From assembly GCA_024572335.1 (NCBI GenBank), contig GCA_024572335.1_3052.1: a stretch of DNA of 64,000 nt; one strand, 5' to 3'. Origin of the DNA: a phage. Position numbers and translations under genes: made by a program. Numbering within the stretch: the first letter of the stretch is position 1; the number at the start of each line of letters is the position of its first letter. Under the pieces are notes generated by a model that worked only from the letters and a program-made list of their open reading frames with translations, searched no databases and had not been told where the DNA came from. Positions 27,904-36,331 of this stretch are shown piece by piece.

Positions 27904-28497
27904 TTATTTCAGAGAATTAATATATTCCTGAACATCGGCAGAGGTAGTTTCAACCCCAGAAATATTGCCATTAAAGGTTTCAACTCGGGCAAGAGTATCT
28001 TCAATATCAACCTTAGTCAGCGCTGCAATTTCAACTACATCATCAGCAGTACTAATTCCGAGGGCATTCGCGGCGCGAGTTTCACGGATATATTCCAATT
28101 TAACTGCAAGTTCTTGGCGAGCATCATCTAACTCAACTACTTTCTTGGCGATTTCAATTCGCATTTCAGCATAACCATCAGCTTTAGTAGTCAACTGCTC
28201 AGCTGTTCGACGATATAGTAAACCAAGTTTAGCATGCATTGTTACATCTTGACCTTCCGAAAGAAGCTTGCGAATTTCACGCTCTTTTGATTCGGCCTGC
28301 TTATTCTTTTCGACAATAAGTTCACGAATACGCTTTTCTTCATTAATAGATTTAACAGAAGCAGTTTTTAGATCTTTAATCTTATCAAGTAGTTTTGCTG
28401 CTGCAGCAGTATACTGTTCTTCAACAGATAGATTTTTAGCCATAGCAGAACCAAGTTTAGTGCGAATAAACTCAACAATTTTCTTCAGTGTGTTCAT
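27904..28497 (-). CDS. coiled-coil protein, possibly PspA/IM30-like
   Basis: 197 aa, predicted all-helical; weak resemblance to PspA ([37 protein letters not shown]); early promoter 28542-28571. Confidence 0.35.
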
Positions 28498-28541
28498 AGC
28501 ATTTCCTTTAGTTAATTAAGGGTTTTATAATCCGTGGGAGT

Positions 28542-28571
28542 ATTATACTCTACTCCCAAGAGTTTGTAAAC
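28542..28571 (-). promoter_or_regulatory. early promoter with -10 embedded in an inverted repeat
   Basis: GTTTAC (28566-28571) - 18 bp - TATAAT (28542-28547); inverted repeat gggagta/tactccc at 28536-28557. Confidence 0.55.
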
Positions 28572-28904
28572 TTATTCTTCGTCCAATTCATCAATAAATT
28601 TATCGATACTACTATTAATAGACTCATCGATGATTAACAAAGCATCATCATCTATAATATTAATATTTTCTAAAGCATCAATATAAGCTTGATTGACTAT
28701 AGACCATGCCCTTTGAAAATATGGGGTTTCATCATCAGGACTGAACCAACGTACACCTTCAAAGATACGTTTAGCATAATCCAACACCCATTGTACAGGC
28801 ATGTTTTGAGAGCGTTCATTAAACTCTTCAAAGTCCTTAGATTCAAAAAGCTCTTCAGGATAATAATTTCTATTACAAAAAGCTTTACTAAAGTTACGTT
28901 TCAT
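28572..28904 (-). CDS. hypothetical acidic protein (110 aa)
   Basis: ORF with GAGGAGAA SD; early promoter 28931-28960. Confidence 0.45.
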   Translation of the reverse strand: MKRNFSKAFCNRNYYPEELFESKDFEEFNERSQNMPVQWVLDYAKRIFEGVRWFSPDDETPYFQRAWSIVNQAYIDALENINIIDDDALLIIDESINSSIDKFIDELDEE

Positions 28905-28930
28905 AATGTTCTCCTCAAAGTTATAGGCTC

Positions 28931-28960
28931 ATAATATCTCAATCATGAGCCTGTGTAAAC
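28931..28960 (-). promoter_or_regulatory. early promoter with -10 embedded in an inverted repeat
   Basis: GTTTAC (28955-28960) - 18 bp - TATTAT (28931-28936); inverted repeat aggctcat/atgagcct at 28925-28952. Confidence 0.55.
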
Positions 28961-29224
28961 TTATTTCATATTATTGAAATATTCTTCAGCAATTTCATCA
29001 TTATCATGATAAACTTTAGAAGACAGTTTAACATAACTTTCAGCAGTGAACATGTTAATCACAACCTTTACAGTATACCACTGACCATCTTCATTACCCA
29101 TTACTGCGTAAGTTTCAAACAACGGATGATCAGGACCGATAACTTTAATATCATTCACTGTACGACCGAAATCTTCTGAAACACATTTCATAAAGAAGTT
29201 GAACAGTTCGCCGTAATTATCCAT
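28961..29224 (-). CDS. hypothetical protein (87 aa)
   Basis: ATG 29222-29224 (complement) after GGAGAA SD; ORF-track start at 29287 would lie inside promoter 29268-29297. Confidence 0.45.
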   Translation of the reverse strand: MDNYGELFNFFMKCVSEDFGRTVNDIKVIGPDHPLFETYAVMGNEDGQWYTVKVVINMFTAESYVKLSSKVYHDNDEIAEEYFNNMK

Positions 29225-29267
29225 TTCGTTCTCCAAGTTGTTTTCTGTATCAGTAGTTGATAGTTGT

Positions 29268-29297
29268 ATAGTACCATGGAAGGACAAGGATGTAAAC
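29268..29297 (-). promoter_or_regulatory. early promoter
   Basis: GTTTAC (29292-29297) - 18 bp - TACTAT (29268-29273). Confidence 0.55.
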
Positions 29298-29440
29298 CGT
29301 TTTGTGAAAAAATTTTTAAAAAGTTTTGGGGAATTCTAGGGCAGGGAGGGGAAATCAAAGGATAGGATAATATATTATAAAGGGTAGAAACTAAATGATG
29401 TCTAGAGAGGCCTGGAAAGGCCTAGATACCAAAAAGCCCC

Positions 29441-29467
29441 AACCTTTCGGCTAGGGCTAAGAATGTT
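29441..29467 (-). terminator. intrinsic terminator, copy B of a duplicated 31-bp element
   Basis: minus-strand GCCCUAGCC-GAAA-GGUUGGGGC + UUUUU; one substitution relative to 29986-30012. Confidence 0.65.
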
Positions 29468-29939
29468 ATTTGATTTGTTTAGCAGACCAAATGCGGTCTT
29501 TAATAATTTTTTGGATGTCTTCAACATACTCAAGAGAGTGAGCATGTGGGTTATCTTTGAAACTATAAGCACGAGCTAACTTTTGACCTTCAGTTTTGAT
29601 TACTAAAAGCTCTTTAAGGATAGCTTCATATTTGGAGATAATTCCTTTAACAATATTTTTCTCTTGTGCGACTTTAGGATCTGCTTTAGGAGCAGGTTTA
29701 CCCGAAGCCTTTGCAAAAGCAGCGCCAGTAGCAACTAAACTTTTCCAGGCCATACTAACTGCATTTCCCGTAAATCCTTCTGCTTTCATGTCGCGAGCAA
29801 ATTGGAATCGTGATTCATCAGAAGCATCTTTATAGGAATATTTACCCGCTGCAATGGCTGCTTTTGCGACAGCTTGAATTTCGGTGCTAGACGCTTCATT
29901 TAACACCGCTTCATTTAAAAATTGAGTATATGATTTCAT
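29466..29939 (-). CDS. candidate packaged internal protein with variant capsid targeting sequence
   Basis: N-terminus MKSYTQFLNE|A (variant of MKTYQEFIAE); own TATAAATA late promoter 29976-29983 and AGGAAA SD; flanked by duplicated terminators. Confidence 0.6.
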   Translation of the reverse strand: MKSYTQFLNEAVLNEASSTEIQAVAKAAIAAGKYSYKDASDESRFQFARDMKAEGFTGNAVSMAWKSLVATGAAFAKASGKPAPKADPKVAQEKNIVKGIISKYEAILKELLVIKTEGQKLARAYSFKDNPHAHSLEYVEDIQKIIKDRIWSAKQIK

Positions 29940-29975
29940 CTTATTTCCTGTTTTAATTTGTAGATTTAATATACT

Positions 29976-29983
29976 TATTTATA
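29976..29983 (-). promoter_or_regulatory. late promoter (TATAAATA) of the CTS-protein gene
   Basis: minus-strand TATAAATA about 37 bp upstream of ATG 29939. Confidence 0.55.
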
Positions 29984-29985
29984 CT

Positions 29986-30012
29986 AAAAAGCCCCAACCT
30001 TTCGGCTGGGGC
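29986..30012 (-). terminator. intrinsic terminator, copy A, ending the tRNA/stable-RNA transcription unit
   Basis: minus-strand GCCCCAGCC-GAAA-GGUUGGGGC + UUUUU. Confidence 0.65.
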
Positions 30013-30018
30013 TAAGCC

Positions 30019-30320
30019 TTGCGGCAACCTTGTCGGGGTTCCACCTGCTAAGGCAAGTGTTTGTACGAAACGCCGGGATTCGAACCCGGTTATCAAGCAG
30101 TTGACGCTACTCAATATTTTTAAAAGGCCATATCTCGACCATATCCGAACGTTCCGTCAAAAACGCTACTCGGCTTACGGCAAAGATATTTCCTCGAATC
30201 GATAATTCGGTGCGCCGTTTCTGCTGTGATATAAGGGGACATTAACAAAACATAAAGATTTATTAATGCCAGTCCTTAAACAGGGAACATCAGTCCGACG
30301 ACTTACCGGTAGCGACCCGG
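30019..30320 (-). ncRNA. candidate small stable RNA(s) with a tRNA-like T-arm (compare T4 species 1/2 RNAs)
   Basis: non-coding 300 bp between an ORF and terminator; perfect T-arm CCGGG-TTCGAAT-CCCGG at 30071-30090 but no pairing acceptor stem or anticodon arm. Confidence 0.35.
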
Positions 30321-30324
30321 TTTC

Positions 30325-30675
30325 TTAATATTCTTTTAAAGCATCAATCTGTTCACGGCGTTTACGCCATAAATCAATTGCTTCATACGCAGATTCAGCA
30401 TTTCGAATTAGCCGGCATTTATGTAAAGACTTATGATTTTGATATTGTGTAGATAATGGAATTGTATCTAAAAGGTCTTTACGATCAAAGTATTCGTAAC
30501 CATCTAAACCAAATGAACGATTTTTGAGAAATTGCCAATGGCCAAATTCATTTTCAACATAAACATAATCTGCATGCTGATAAAGTAAATTAATTACACG
30601 TTCAGAAATAGCAGTATCATTATGATTAAAATAGAATGTTAAATCATGAACTACTAAATAAACATTACCTTTCAT
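30325..30675 (-). CDS. hypothetical protein (116 aa) between the tRNA cluster and the stable-RNA region
   Basis: ATG 30673-30675 (complement) after GAGGAAA SD; the ORF-track TTG start at 30723 would overlap tRNA-Arg. Confidence 0.45.
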   Translation of the reverse strand: MKGNVYLVVHDLTFYFNHNDTAISERVINLLYQHADYVYVENEFGHWQFLKNRSFGLDGYEYFDRKDLLDTIPLSTQYQNHKSLHKCRLIRNAESAYEAIDLWRKRREQIDALKEY

Positions 30676-30693
30676 ATTTTCCTCACTTATAAT

Positions 30694-30770
<77 letters not shown>

Positions 30771-30777
30771 TATTTTG

Positions 30778-30849
30778 CGGACGTGATAGGATTCGAACCT
30801 ATAACCAATCGCTTAACAGGCGATCGCTCTGCCATTGAGCTACACATCC
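30778..30849 (-). tRNA. tRNA-Asn (anticodon GUU)
   Basis: acceptor GGATGTG/CACGTCC, anticodon arm ATCGC-CTGTTAA-GCGAT, T-loop TTCGAAT; no encoded CCA. Confidence 0.75.
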
Positions 30850-30853
30850 AAAT

Positions 30854-30940
30854 TGGTGGGGAGTGGTGGAGTCGAACCACCCGAGTCGCAATGACAATGA
30901 ATTTACAGTCCACACCGCTACCTCTACGGGATAACTCCCC
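30854..30940 (-). tRNA. tRNA-Tyr (anticodon GUA), class II with long variable arm
   Basis: acceptor GGGGAGT/ACTCCCC, anticodon loop CTGTAAA (as in E. coli tRNA-Tyr), T-arm GGTGG-TTCGACT-CCACC, CCA; D-arm atypical. Confidence 0.6.
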
Positions 30941-30949
30941 AAATTAATT

Positions 30950-31024
30950 TGGTGGCCCTGGGTGGAATTGAACCACCATCTGGCGATTATGAGTCGCTTG
31001 CTTGAACCTTCCAGCTACAGGGCC
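30950..31024 (-). tRNA. tRNA-Ile (anticodon CAU, probably lysidine-modified, AUA-reading)
   Basis: acceptor GGCCCTG/CAGGGCC, anticodon stem-loop GCGACTCATAATCGC resembling E. coli ileX, CCA encoded. Confidence 0.75.
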
Positions 31025-31025
31025 T

Positions 31026-31101
31026 TGGTGCTGATTAACGGAATCGAACCGCCGACCTTCTCATTACAAGTGAGTTGCTCTACCTACTGAGCTAAATCAG
31101 C
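31026..31101 (-). tRNA. tRNA-Thr (anticodon UGU)
   Basis: acceptor GCTGATT/AATCAGC, anticodon loop CTTGTAA, T-loop TTCGATT, CCA. Confidence 0.8.
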
Positions 31102-31106
31102 AAAAC

Positions 31107-31196
31107 TGGCGGAGGCGATAGGATTTGAACCTATGAGTCGCCGGAGCGACTGCCGGTTTTCAAGACCGGTGCATTAAACCACTCTGCCACGCCTCC
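31107..31196 (-). tRNA. tRNA-Ser (anticodon UGA), long variable arm
   Basis: acceptor GGAGGCG/CGCCTCC, anticodon arm CCGGT-CTTGAAA-ACCGG, T-loop TTCAAAT, CCA. Confidence 0.8.
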
Positions 31197-31198
31197 AG

Positions 31199-31273
31199 TC
31201 TCCATACAAGGATTTGAACCTTGGACCTCCTGATCCCAAATCAGGCGCTCTACCAAACTGAGCTACACGGAGT
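31199..31273 (-). tRNA. tRNA-Pro (anticodon UGG)
   Basis: anticodon arm CCTGA-TTTGGGA-TCAGG, T-arm CAAGG-TTCAAAT-CCTTG; 2 nt from tRNA-Ser; no encoded CCA. Confidence 0.75.
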
Positions 31274-31282
31274 AAATTAAAT

Positions 31283-31356
<74 letters not shown>

Positions 31357-31361
31357 AAATT

Positions 31362-31448
31362 TGGTGCGAGAAGTGGGACTCGAACCCACAAGGAAATCAT
31401 TCCGCAGCATTTTAAGTGCTGTGCCTTTACCAATTTGACCATTCTCGC
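31362..31448 (-). tRNA. tRNA-Leu (anticodon UAA), long variable arm
   Basis: acceptor GCGAGAA/TTCTCGC, anticodon arm CAGCA-CTTAAAA-TGCTG, T-loop TTCGAGT, CCA. Confidence 0.8.
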
Positions 31449-31449
31449 G

Positions 31450-31522
31450 CTGGGAATAAAGGACTCGAACCTTTGCATCCTGGAATCAAAATCCAGTGCC
31501 TTACCAACTTGGCTAATTCCCA
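31450..31522 (-). tRNA. tRNA-Gln (anticodon UUG)
   Basis: acceptor TGGGAAT/ATTCCCA, anticodon arm CTGGA-TTTTGAT-TCCAG, T-loop TTCGAGT; 1 nt from tRNA-Leu. Confidence 0.8.
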
Positions 31523-31619
31523 ATTATTAACAAAGGCTCTCAAGCAAGAACCCTTGATGATAGAGGGTATTAATCAGTGCGGTATGAGTTAATAATAACA
31601 AATAATTCTTAAAGCATAT

Positions 31620-31907
31620 TTACCATTTATGATAATACATATTTACGATGCACTCAAGACCCAAAGGATTCTTGAAAATATCATATTCAAGAGGACCTTT
31701 TTCTGTTTCAATAAAGAAATCAAAATTTACTGTATTAAATTTACGGTCTTCCTTCACTAATTTAACTTGAGAAGATGAACGGTCAACATAAACCTTTTCA
31801 ACTTCAAAACATGTTAAAACGCCATAATCATCAATCAAGGCTTTAGCCGCGTCTTGATCATATTTATATCCATTTTCAATGGACGATACTTTAGCATAAA
31901 GAATCAT
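31620..31907 (-). CDS. hypothetical protein (95 aa)
   Basis: ORF. Confidence 0.45.
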   Translation of the reverse strand: MILYAKVSSIENGYKYDQDAAKALIDDYGVLTCFEVEKVYVDRSSSQVKLVKEDRKFNTVNFDFFIETEKGPLEYDIFKNPLGLECIVNMYYHKW

Positions 31908-31909
31908 TA

Positions 31910-32290
31910 TTACCCTTCATCAACAATAGTATGAGTGTGGGCATTTACAATTTGCCACCAATCAAAGCGATTAGAACCATACATTGGTTTGTTCTCATTT
32001 TCTTTGATAATGTCACGGAGTTCATCTTCGGTAGCGGCTTTCGCGATTAAATCAGCATATCCACCGCGAGGATAATAATTATCACCTGCAAAAAGTAAAA
32101 AGTTTGGTTTAATGTTATTGAACTCTTCAAGAGTAATAACTGTTCCACCAGGTTGAACAATATCTACATAACTATATCCTAATTTTTGAGCAGCATCTAC
32201 TGCTTCAAGCAGGGTATCATGAGCCCATCCAATTTGGCAATCTGGCTTTTCAGATGGATTAGCCTGATAATCCGCGTACACTTTATACAT
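31910..32290 (-). CDS. hypothetical protein (127 aa)
   Basis: start MYKVYAD at ATG 32288-32290 (complement), abutting upstream ORF stop. Confidence 0.45.
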   Translation of the reverse strand: MYKVYADYQANPSEKPDCQIGWAHDTLLEAVDAAQKLGYSYVDIVQPGGTVITLEEFNNIKPNFLLFAGDNYYPRGGYADLIAKAATEDELRDIIKENENKPMYGSNRFDWWQIVNAHTHTIVDEG

Positions 32291-32291
32291 T

Positions 32292-32477
32292 CTATTCACC
32301 TTTAGAAATTTTATCCATAACGATAGCAATTAAACCAATTAAAAATGCTACTACAAGTGAAAATACATTTTCTGCTGTAGTTAATAATCCGCATATAAAT
32401 CCAACAAACATTGAAAAACTAAAAGCAGAAGCAGAAATTGCAATAGCAACATTTCGAATTAATTCACAACGTTTCAT
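32292..32477 (-). CDS. small membrane protein (61 aa)
   Basis: GAGGAGAA SD; two hydrophobic helices; early promoter 32506-32535. Confidence 0.45.
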   Translation of the reverse strand: MKRCELIRNVAIAISASAFSFSMFVGFICGLLTTAENVFSLVVAFLIGLIAIVMDKISKGE

Positions 32478-32505
32478 TTTATTCTCCTCAGTAGTTGATA
32501 GGGTA

Positions 32506-32535
32506 ATAGTATCACAACTAAAACCCTATGTAAAC
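32506..32535 (-). promoter_or_regulatory. early promoter
   Basis: GTTTAC (32530-32535) - 18 bp - TACTAT (32506-32511). Confidence 0.55.
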
Positions 32536-32553
32536 AACTTTGTGAAAAATTTA

Positions 32554-32838
32554 TTACAAAAGATTTTTAGCAATAATTTTAAGCTGAGCTACTGAAATAT
32601 GCTTGGCTTTAAACAAAGCAGTTTCTTCAGCAGGGGAGATAACGATTGTAGCACCATCTTTCTTAGCGGACCATCCATCACCCAGGTAAACAGTACCTTT
32701 GACTTCTTCGCCATCAACCAGGCTAATCATCGGTTTACCTTCACGTCCTTTGTTTGCTTTAATAACTTCAGAAGTAAGGGTCGCTTCAGTCAAAGTAGAA
32801 GCGTTAGTGGTTGAAGTGAATTCTTGATAAGTTTTCAT
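32554..32838 (-). CDS. internal-protein-like head protein with capsid targeting sequence (ipI-locus position)
   Basis: N-terminus MKTYQEF...LTE|A; gene sits upstream of 57B as T4 ipI does; early promoter 32869-32898. Confidence 0.65.
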   Translation of the reverse strand: MKTYQEFTSTTNASTLTEATLTSEVIKANKGREGKPMISLVDGEEVKGTVYLGDGWSAKKDGATIVISPAEETALFKAKHISVAQLKIIAKNLL

Positions 32839-32868
32839 TTTATTTTCCTAATTAATTTTGATGAGGTA

Positions 32869-32898
32869 ATAGTATCACTACCTCATCAGCATGTAAAC
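32869..32898 (-). promoter_or_regulatory. early promoter of the ipI-locus gene, -10 in the loop of a 9-bp inverted repeat
   Basis: GTTTAC (32893-32898) - 18 bp - TACTAT (32869-32874); arms gatgaggta (32860-32868) / tacctcatc (32879-32887). Confidence 0.55.
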
Positions 32899-32910
32899 AA
32901 CTTTGTGAAA

Positions 32911-33595
<685 letters not shown>

Positions 33596-33596
<1 letters not shown>

Positions 33597-34321
33597 TATA
33601 GTACCTTTAGTGTATTTTTAATTTTAGAAAAAAGTTCTTCAAGAGAACCATCGTTTGTAATTACTAAATCACCATCACGAATTGGCAATCCAGCTTCTGT
33701 AATATGTGTATCATTGGATTTTTGACCAGGACGAACTACATGAATTACTGTAGCACCCATCGCCCTAGCCGCATCCATTTCATGATCTTGACGGGTATCA
33801 GGAACGATATAATAATCATAACCTGAGTTAAATTTATCAAGATAATCTAAAGCAAATAATTTTACCCAGTACATGCGGTCGAAGTTATTAACAATCAAAT
33901 CCGTACCTAGGGCTTGCATCAGACGACGGACTGACCATTGATCTTCAATATTATTTATAACGTCAATAATCTTGTTAAATGCTACGGAATTAACTGATTC
34001 TTGTCCTTCGTCATCAAAAACAAACACACCCTTAATTGGGCTTTTACCATTAAGATAGCAAAATGCTTGTTCCATAATCGTGATTACTTCTAATTTAGTC
34101 AGATTTAAATTAGTCTCACGATCATAGTCAATTCCTTCAAACTCTTTACGAGTTAAGCAAGGATAGCCAGTGTTTGCTGCAAATACTCCCCATGCATAAG
34201 CCAATGCATCCTTAATAGGACCAGCAAGTTGGTATTTAACTGCAGAATAATTGCTCATGATAAAATCAGCAGTAGTATCTTTTCCACTACGCTTTACACC
34301 GCTTAAAAAGATTAGTTTCAT
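33596..34321 (-). CDS. 1: deoxynucleoside monophosphate kinase gp1
   Basis: 241 aa from MKLIFLSGVKRSGKDTT (P-loop) with GAGGAGAA SD; ORF-track start lies upstream of the SD. Confidence 0.85.
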
Positions 34322-34370
34322 GTGTTTCTCCTCAAATTTAATTAAGATTATAACACACAAAACTGAAGCA

Positions 34371-34901
34371 TTAAACTTCTGCTATAATTTTTCCATCTTT
34401 TTCTACTTGAAAATAGGTGTAAGGAATCGTTGCAGTACATACTAAAGCCGGGTCTGAATCTTCCGTATAGCTAAATTCTACTTCAGATAGGTCAGAAACC
34501 CAAGGCTTATAAAAATTTATTGACATCACGATTTCAGTTTTGCTATTATCTAAGATGTAAAGCGTAATGTACTCAGGACCTGTTTTTTGGGCAGTATTTT
34601 CACCTGTAAGATAGTTGCTAGTTCCTAGCATCCATTCATACATTCCTATCCATGACTTAAGTTCTTCATCAACTATAAATCTCACAATGAGTGGATCATA
34701 CTCAAATGTAACACCTGGACGTTGTGCTCGGCCCAGTCCAAACGGCCCAGTCACGGTATCAGTAACAGGTATTCTAATTCCTGGAATAGGAACTGACTGA
34801 GCATTTAAAGTAAAAGCAGATGTAGTATTACTATGTGGTATTGATACTACAAAGTTAGTTGTATTTGCTTGGTTAAAAATTTGTTGCAGAGCTTGCGACA
34901 T
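34371..34901 (-). CDS. 3: tail sheath stabiliser/tail completion protein gp3
   Basis: 176 aa from MSQALQQIF with GAGGAA SD; size matches T4 gp3. Confidence 0.8.
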   Translation of the reverse strand: MSQALQQIFNQANTTNFVVSIPHSNTTSAFTLNAQSVPIPGIRIPVTDTVTGPFGLGRAQRPGVTFEYDPLIVRFIVDEELKSWIGMYEWMLGTSNYLTGENTAQKTGPEYITLYILDNSKTEIVMSINFYKPWVSDLSEVEFSYTEDSDPALVCTATIPYTYFQVEKDGKIIAEV

Positions 34902-35007
34902 ATATTCCTCATAATGCTTTATAACTGTTGGTGGTATAATGGGTCTAAGTCCCTTCCATTCAATTCCATTTAGAACAAACAATAGAAAAGAATGGAAGAT
35001 AATAGAA

Positions 35008-35832
35008 TTAGATATTTGACCAGACTTTGTTTGCAGAGAAACGTTTTCCTTTTGAAACGAACTGCTGAAGTGGCATCAACACAACGTTCGCCCAGTCTTT
35101 CGGGGCGATTTCAACAAGGCTACCCATAATATTACCGGGTATATATGCCTTAATCATTTGGTCTGCACCCCTAAATCCTTTCACTTGACTCCAATCAATT
35201 TTTAATTTCGTTTTATTAGTAATAGTAGGTGTATTTGAATATTGCTTTAAAAGCTCTTCTAGAAATTGCTGACGAGCTTTAGGTGGAATATAGTGCAAGT
35301 TCAATCCGTACATTAAATTATGCTTACCTAAACCAAGGTAAATTATCAAAGGAAATTTATCCCAGTAAGGAAGAGTTTCCTTGTGTTTAGCATCATAAGC
35401 AAAAGCATATATTCGTCCCGGCTGCGGGCGAACAACTTTATGTCCTTTTACTTGCTTAATAGTTTCGGCAAACCATTTTCTGGTTTTATTATTAATTGCT
35501 GCACCTTCATTACGAATTTTATCGCGCAATGTTTGTCTGAATGAATTTATCATAAGCAGTTGTCTTTCTTGCTTATTGAGCTTATTCATTGGTTTTGATT
35601 CAAGCTTTTGAATCTTTTCAGCCGTTTTAATTCCCGAAGCATATTTTGACATTGCCGAAGTAAACGTAGAGTATTTGATTCCTCTTTCTTCAGCAAATTG
35701 CTTTCCTGTCATTCCTTTTGCTTTGGCCTTTTTATATTCAAGACCTATCTGAATCCATTTCTTTTCGTTTAATGATTGCTTAACCTTTGGAACTTGGGGA
35801 GTGCTTTCATTAATTATTTGAAAAATAGCCAT
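35008..35832 (-). CDS. 2: DNA end-protector protein gp2
   Basis: 274 aa, size and position between 3 and 4 as in T4. Confidence 0.8.
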   Translation of the reverse strand: MAIFQIINESTPQVPKVKQSLNEKKWIQIGLEYKKAKAKGMTGKQFAEERGIKYSTFTSAMSKYASGIKTAEKIQKLESKPMNKLNKQERQLLMINSFRQTLRDKIRNEGAAINNKTRKWFAETIKQVKGHKVVRPQPGRIYAFAYDAKHKETLPYWDKFPLIIYLGLGKHNLMYGLNLHYIPPKARQQFLEELLKQYSNTPTITNKTKLKIDWSQVKGFRGADQMIKAYIPGNIMGSLVEIAPKDWANVVLMPLQQFVSKGKRFSANKVWSNI

Positions 35833-36284
35833 TATGCCCCCTTAAAGCCAAGAGCTCGTAATCCATCTTCTGTTAGAATTCTAAATTTTATTCCACGCTT
35901 TTCAGCTAAAGATTGTGCTGCTTTCCATTTGTCAGTATTAACTGAATATGTATAAATTTCATTCATAAATCTTTTCTTCGCTGCAGTTGTTAGATGTGCT
36001 GGTTTAACTGGTGGTTGTGTTTCTTTTTTAGGCTTTATTTCAATAAAAAATTCTTGTCCAGAAGAATCTTTCATCCAAATATCCATGAAGTATCTACGTT
36101 TTTTCCCTTCTGCATTACAAAAATAAGGAATTACTGCTGTTTCACTACCCCATGCAATAATTTCTGGATTTTTATCTAACCATTCAAAAAAGAATTTTTC
36201 CCAATTTGATCTATACGTAATTTTTTTAGGGTCACCTCTATATTTTGATATATTTTTAGGAACCCATTTTCCAGAATATGCCAT
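35832..36284 (-). CDS. 4: head completion protein gp4
   Basis: 150 aa; minus-strand TATAAATA late promoter 36311-36318 upstream. Confidence 0.8.
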   Translation of the reverse strand: MAYSGKWVPKNISKYRGDPKKITYRSNWEKFFFEWLDKNPEIIAWGSETAVIPYFCNAEGKKRRYFMDIWMKDSSGQEFFIEIKPKKETQPPVKPAHLTTAAKKRFMNEIYTYSVNTDKWKAAQSLAEKRGIKFRILTEDGLRALGFKGA

Positions 36285-36295
36285 TGGATTCTCCT

Positions 36296-36303
36296 TATAA
36301 ATA
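36296..36303 (+). promoter_or_regulatory. late promoter for gene 53
   Basis: TATAAATA about 30 bp upstream of ATG. Confidence 0.6.
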
Positions 36304-36310
36304 GATAATA

Positions 36311-36318
36311 TATTTATA
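36311..36318 (-). promoter_or_regulatory. late promoter for gene 4 (divergent from gene 53 promoter)
   Basis: minus-strand TATAAATA. Confidence 0.55.
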
Positions 36319-36331
36319 AACAGGAGGGCCC

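Larger units (their letters stand above)
29441..30016 (-). mobile_element. moron-like gene cassette: terminator repeat - late promoter - CTS-protein gene - terminator repeat
   Basis: 31-bp direct repeat (one mismatch) at 29441-29471 and 29986-30016 bracketing a self-contained promoter-gene unit. Confidence 0.4.

Noticed and set aside
30071-30090. Possible eleventh tRNA at the T-arm-like hairpin
   Set aside because: No complementary acceptor strands or anticodon arm could be paired around the T-arm; treated as part of a tRNA-like stable RNA instead.
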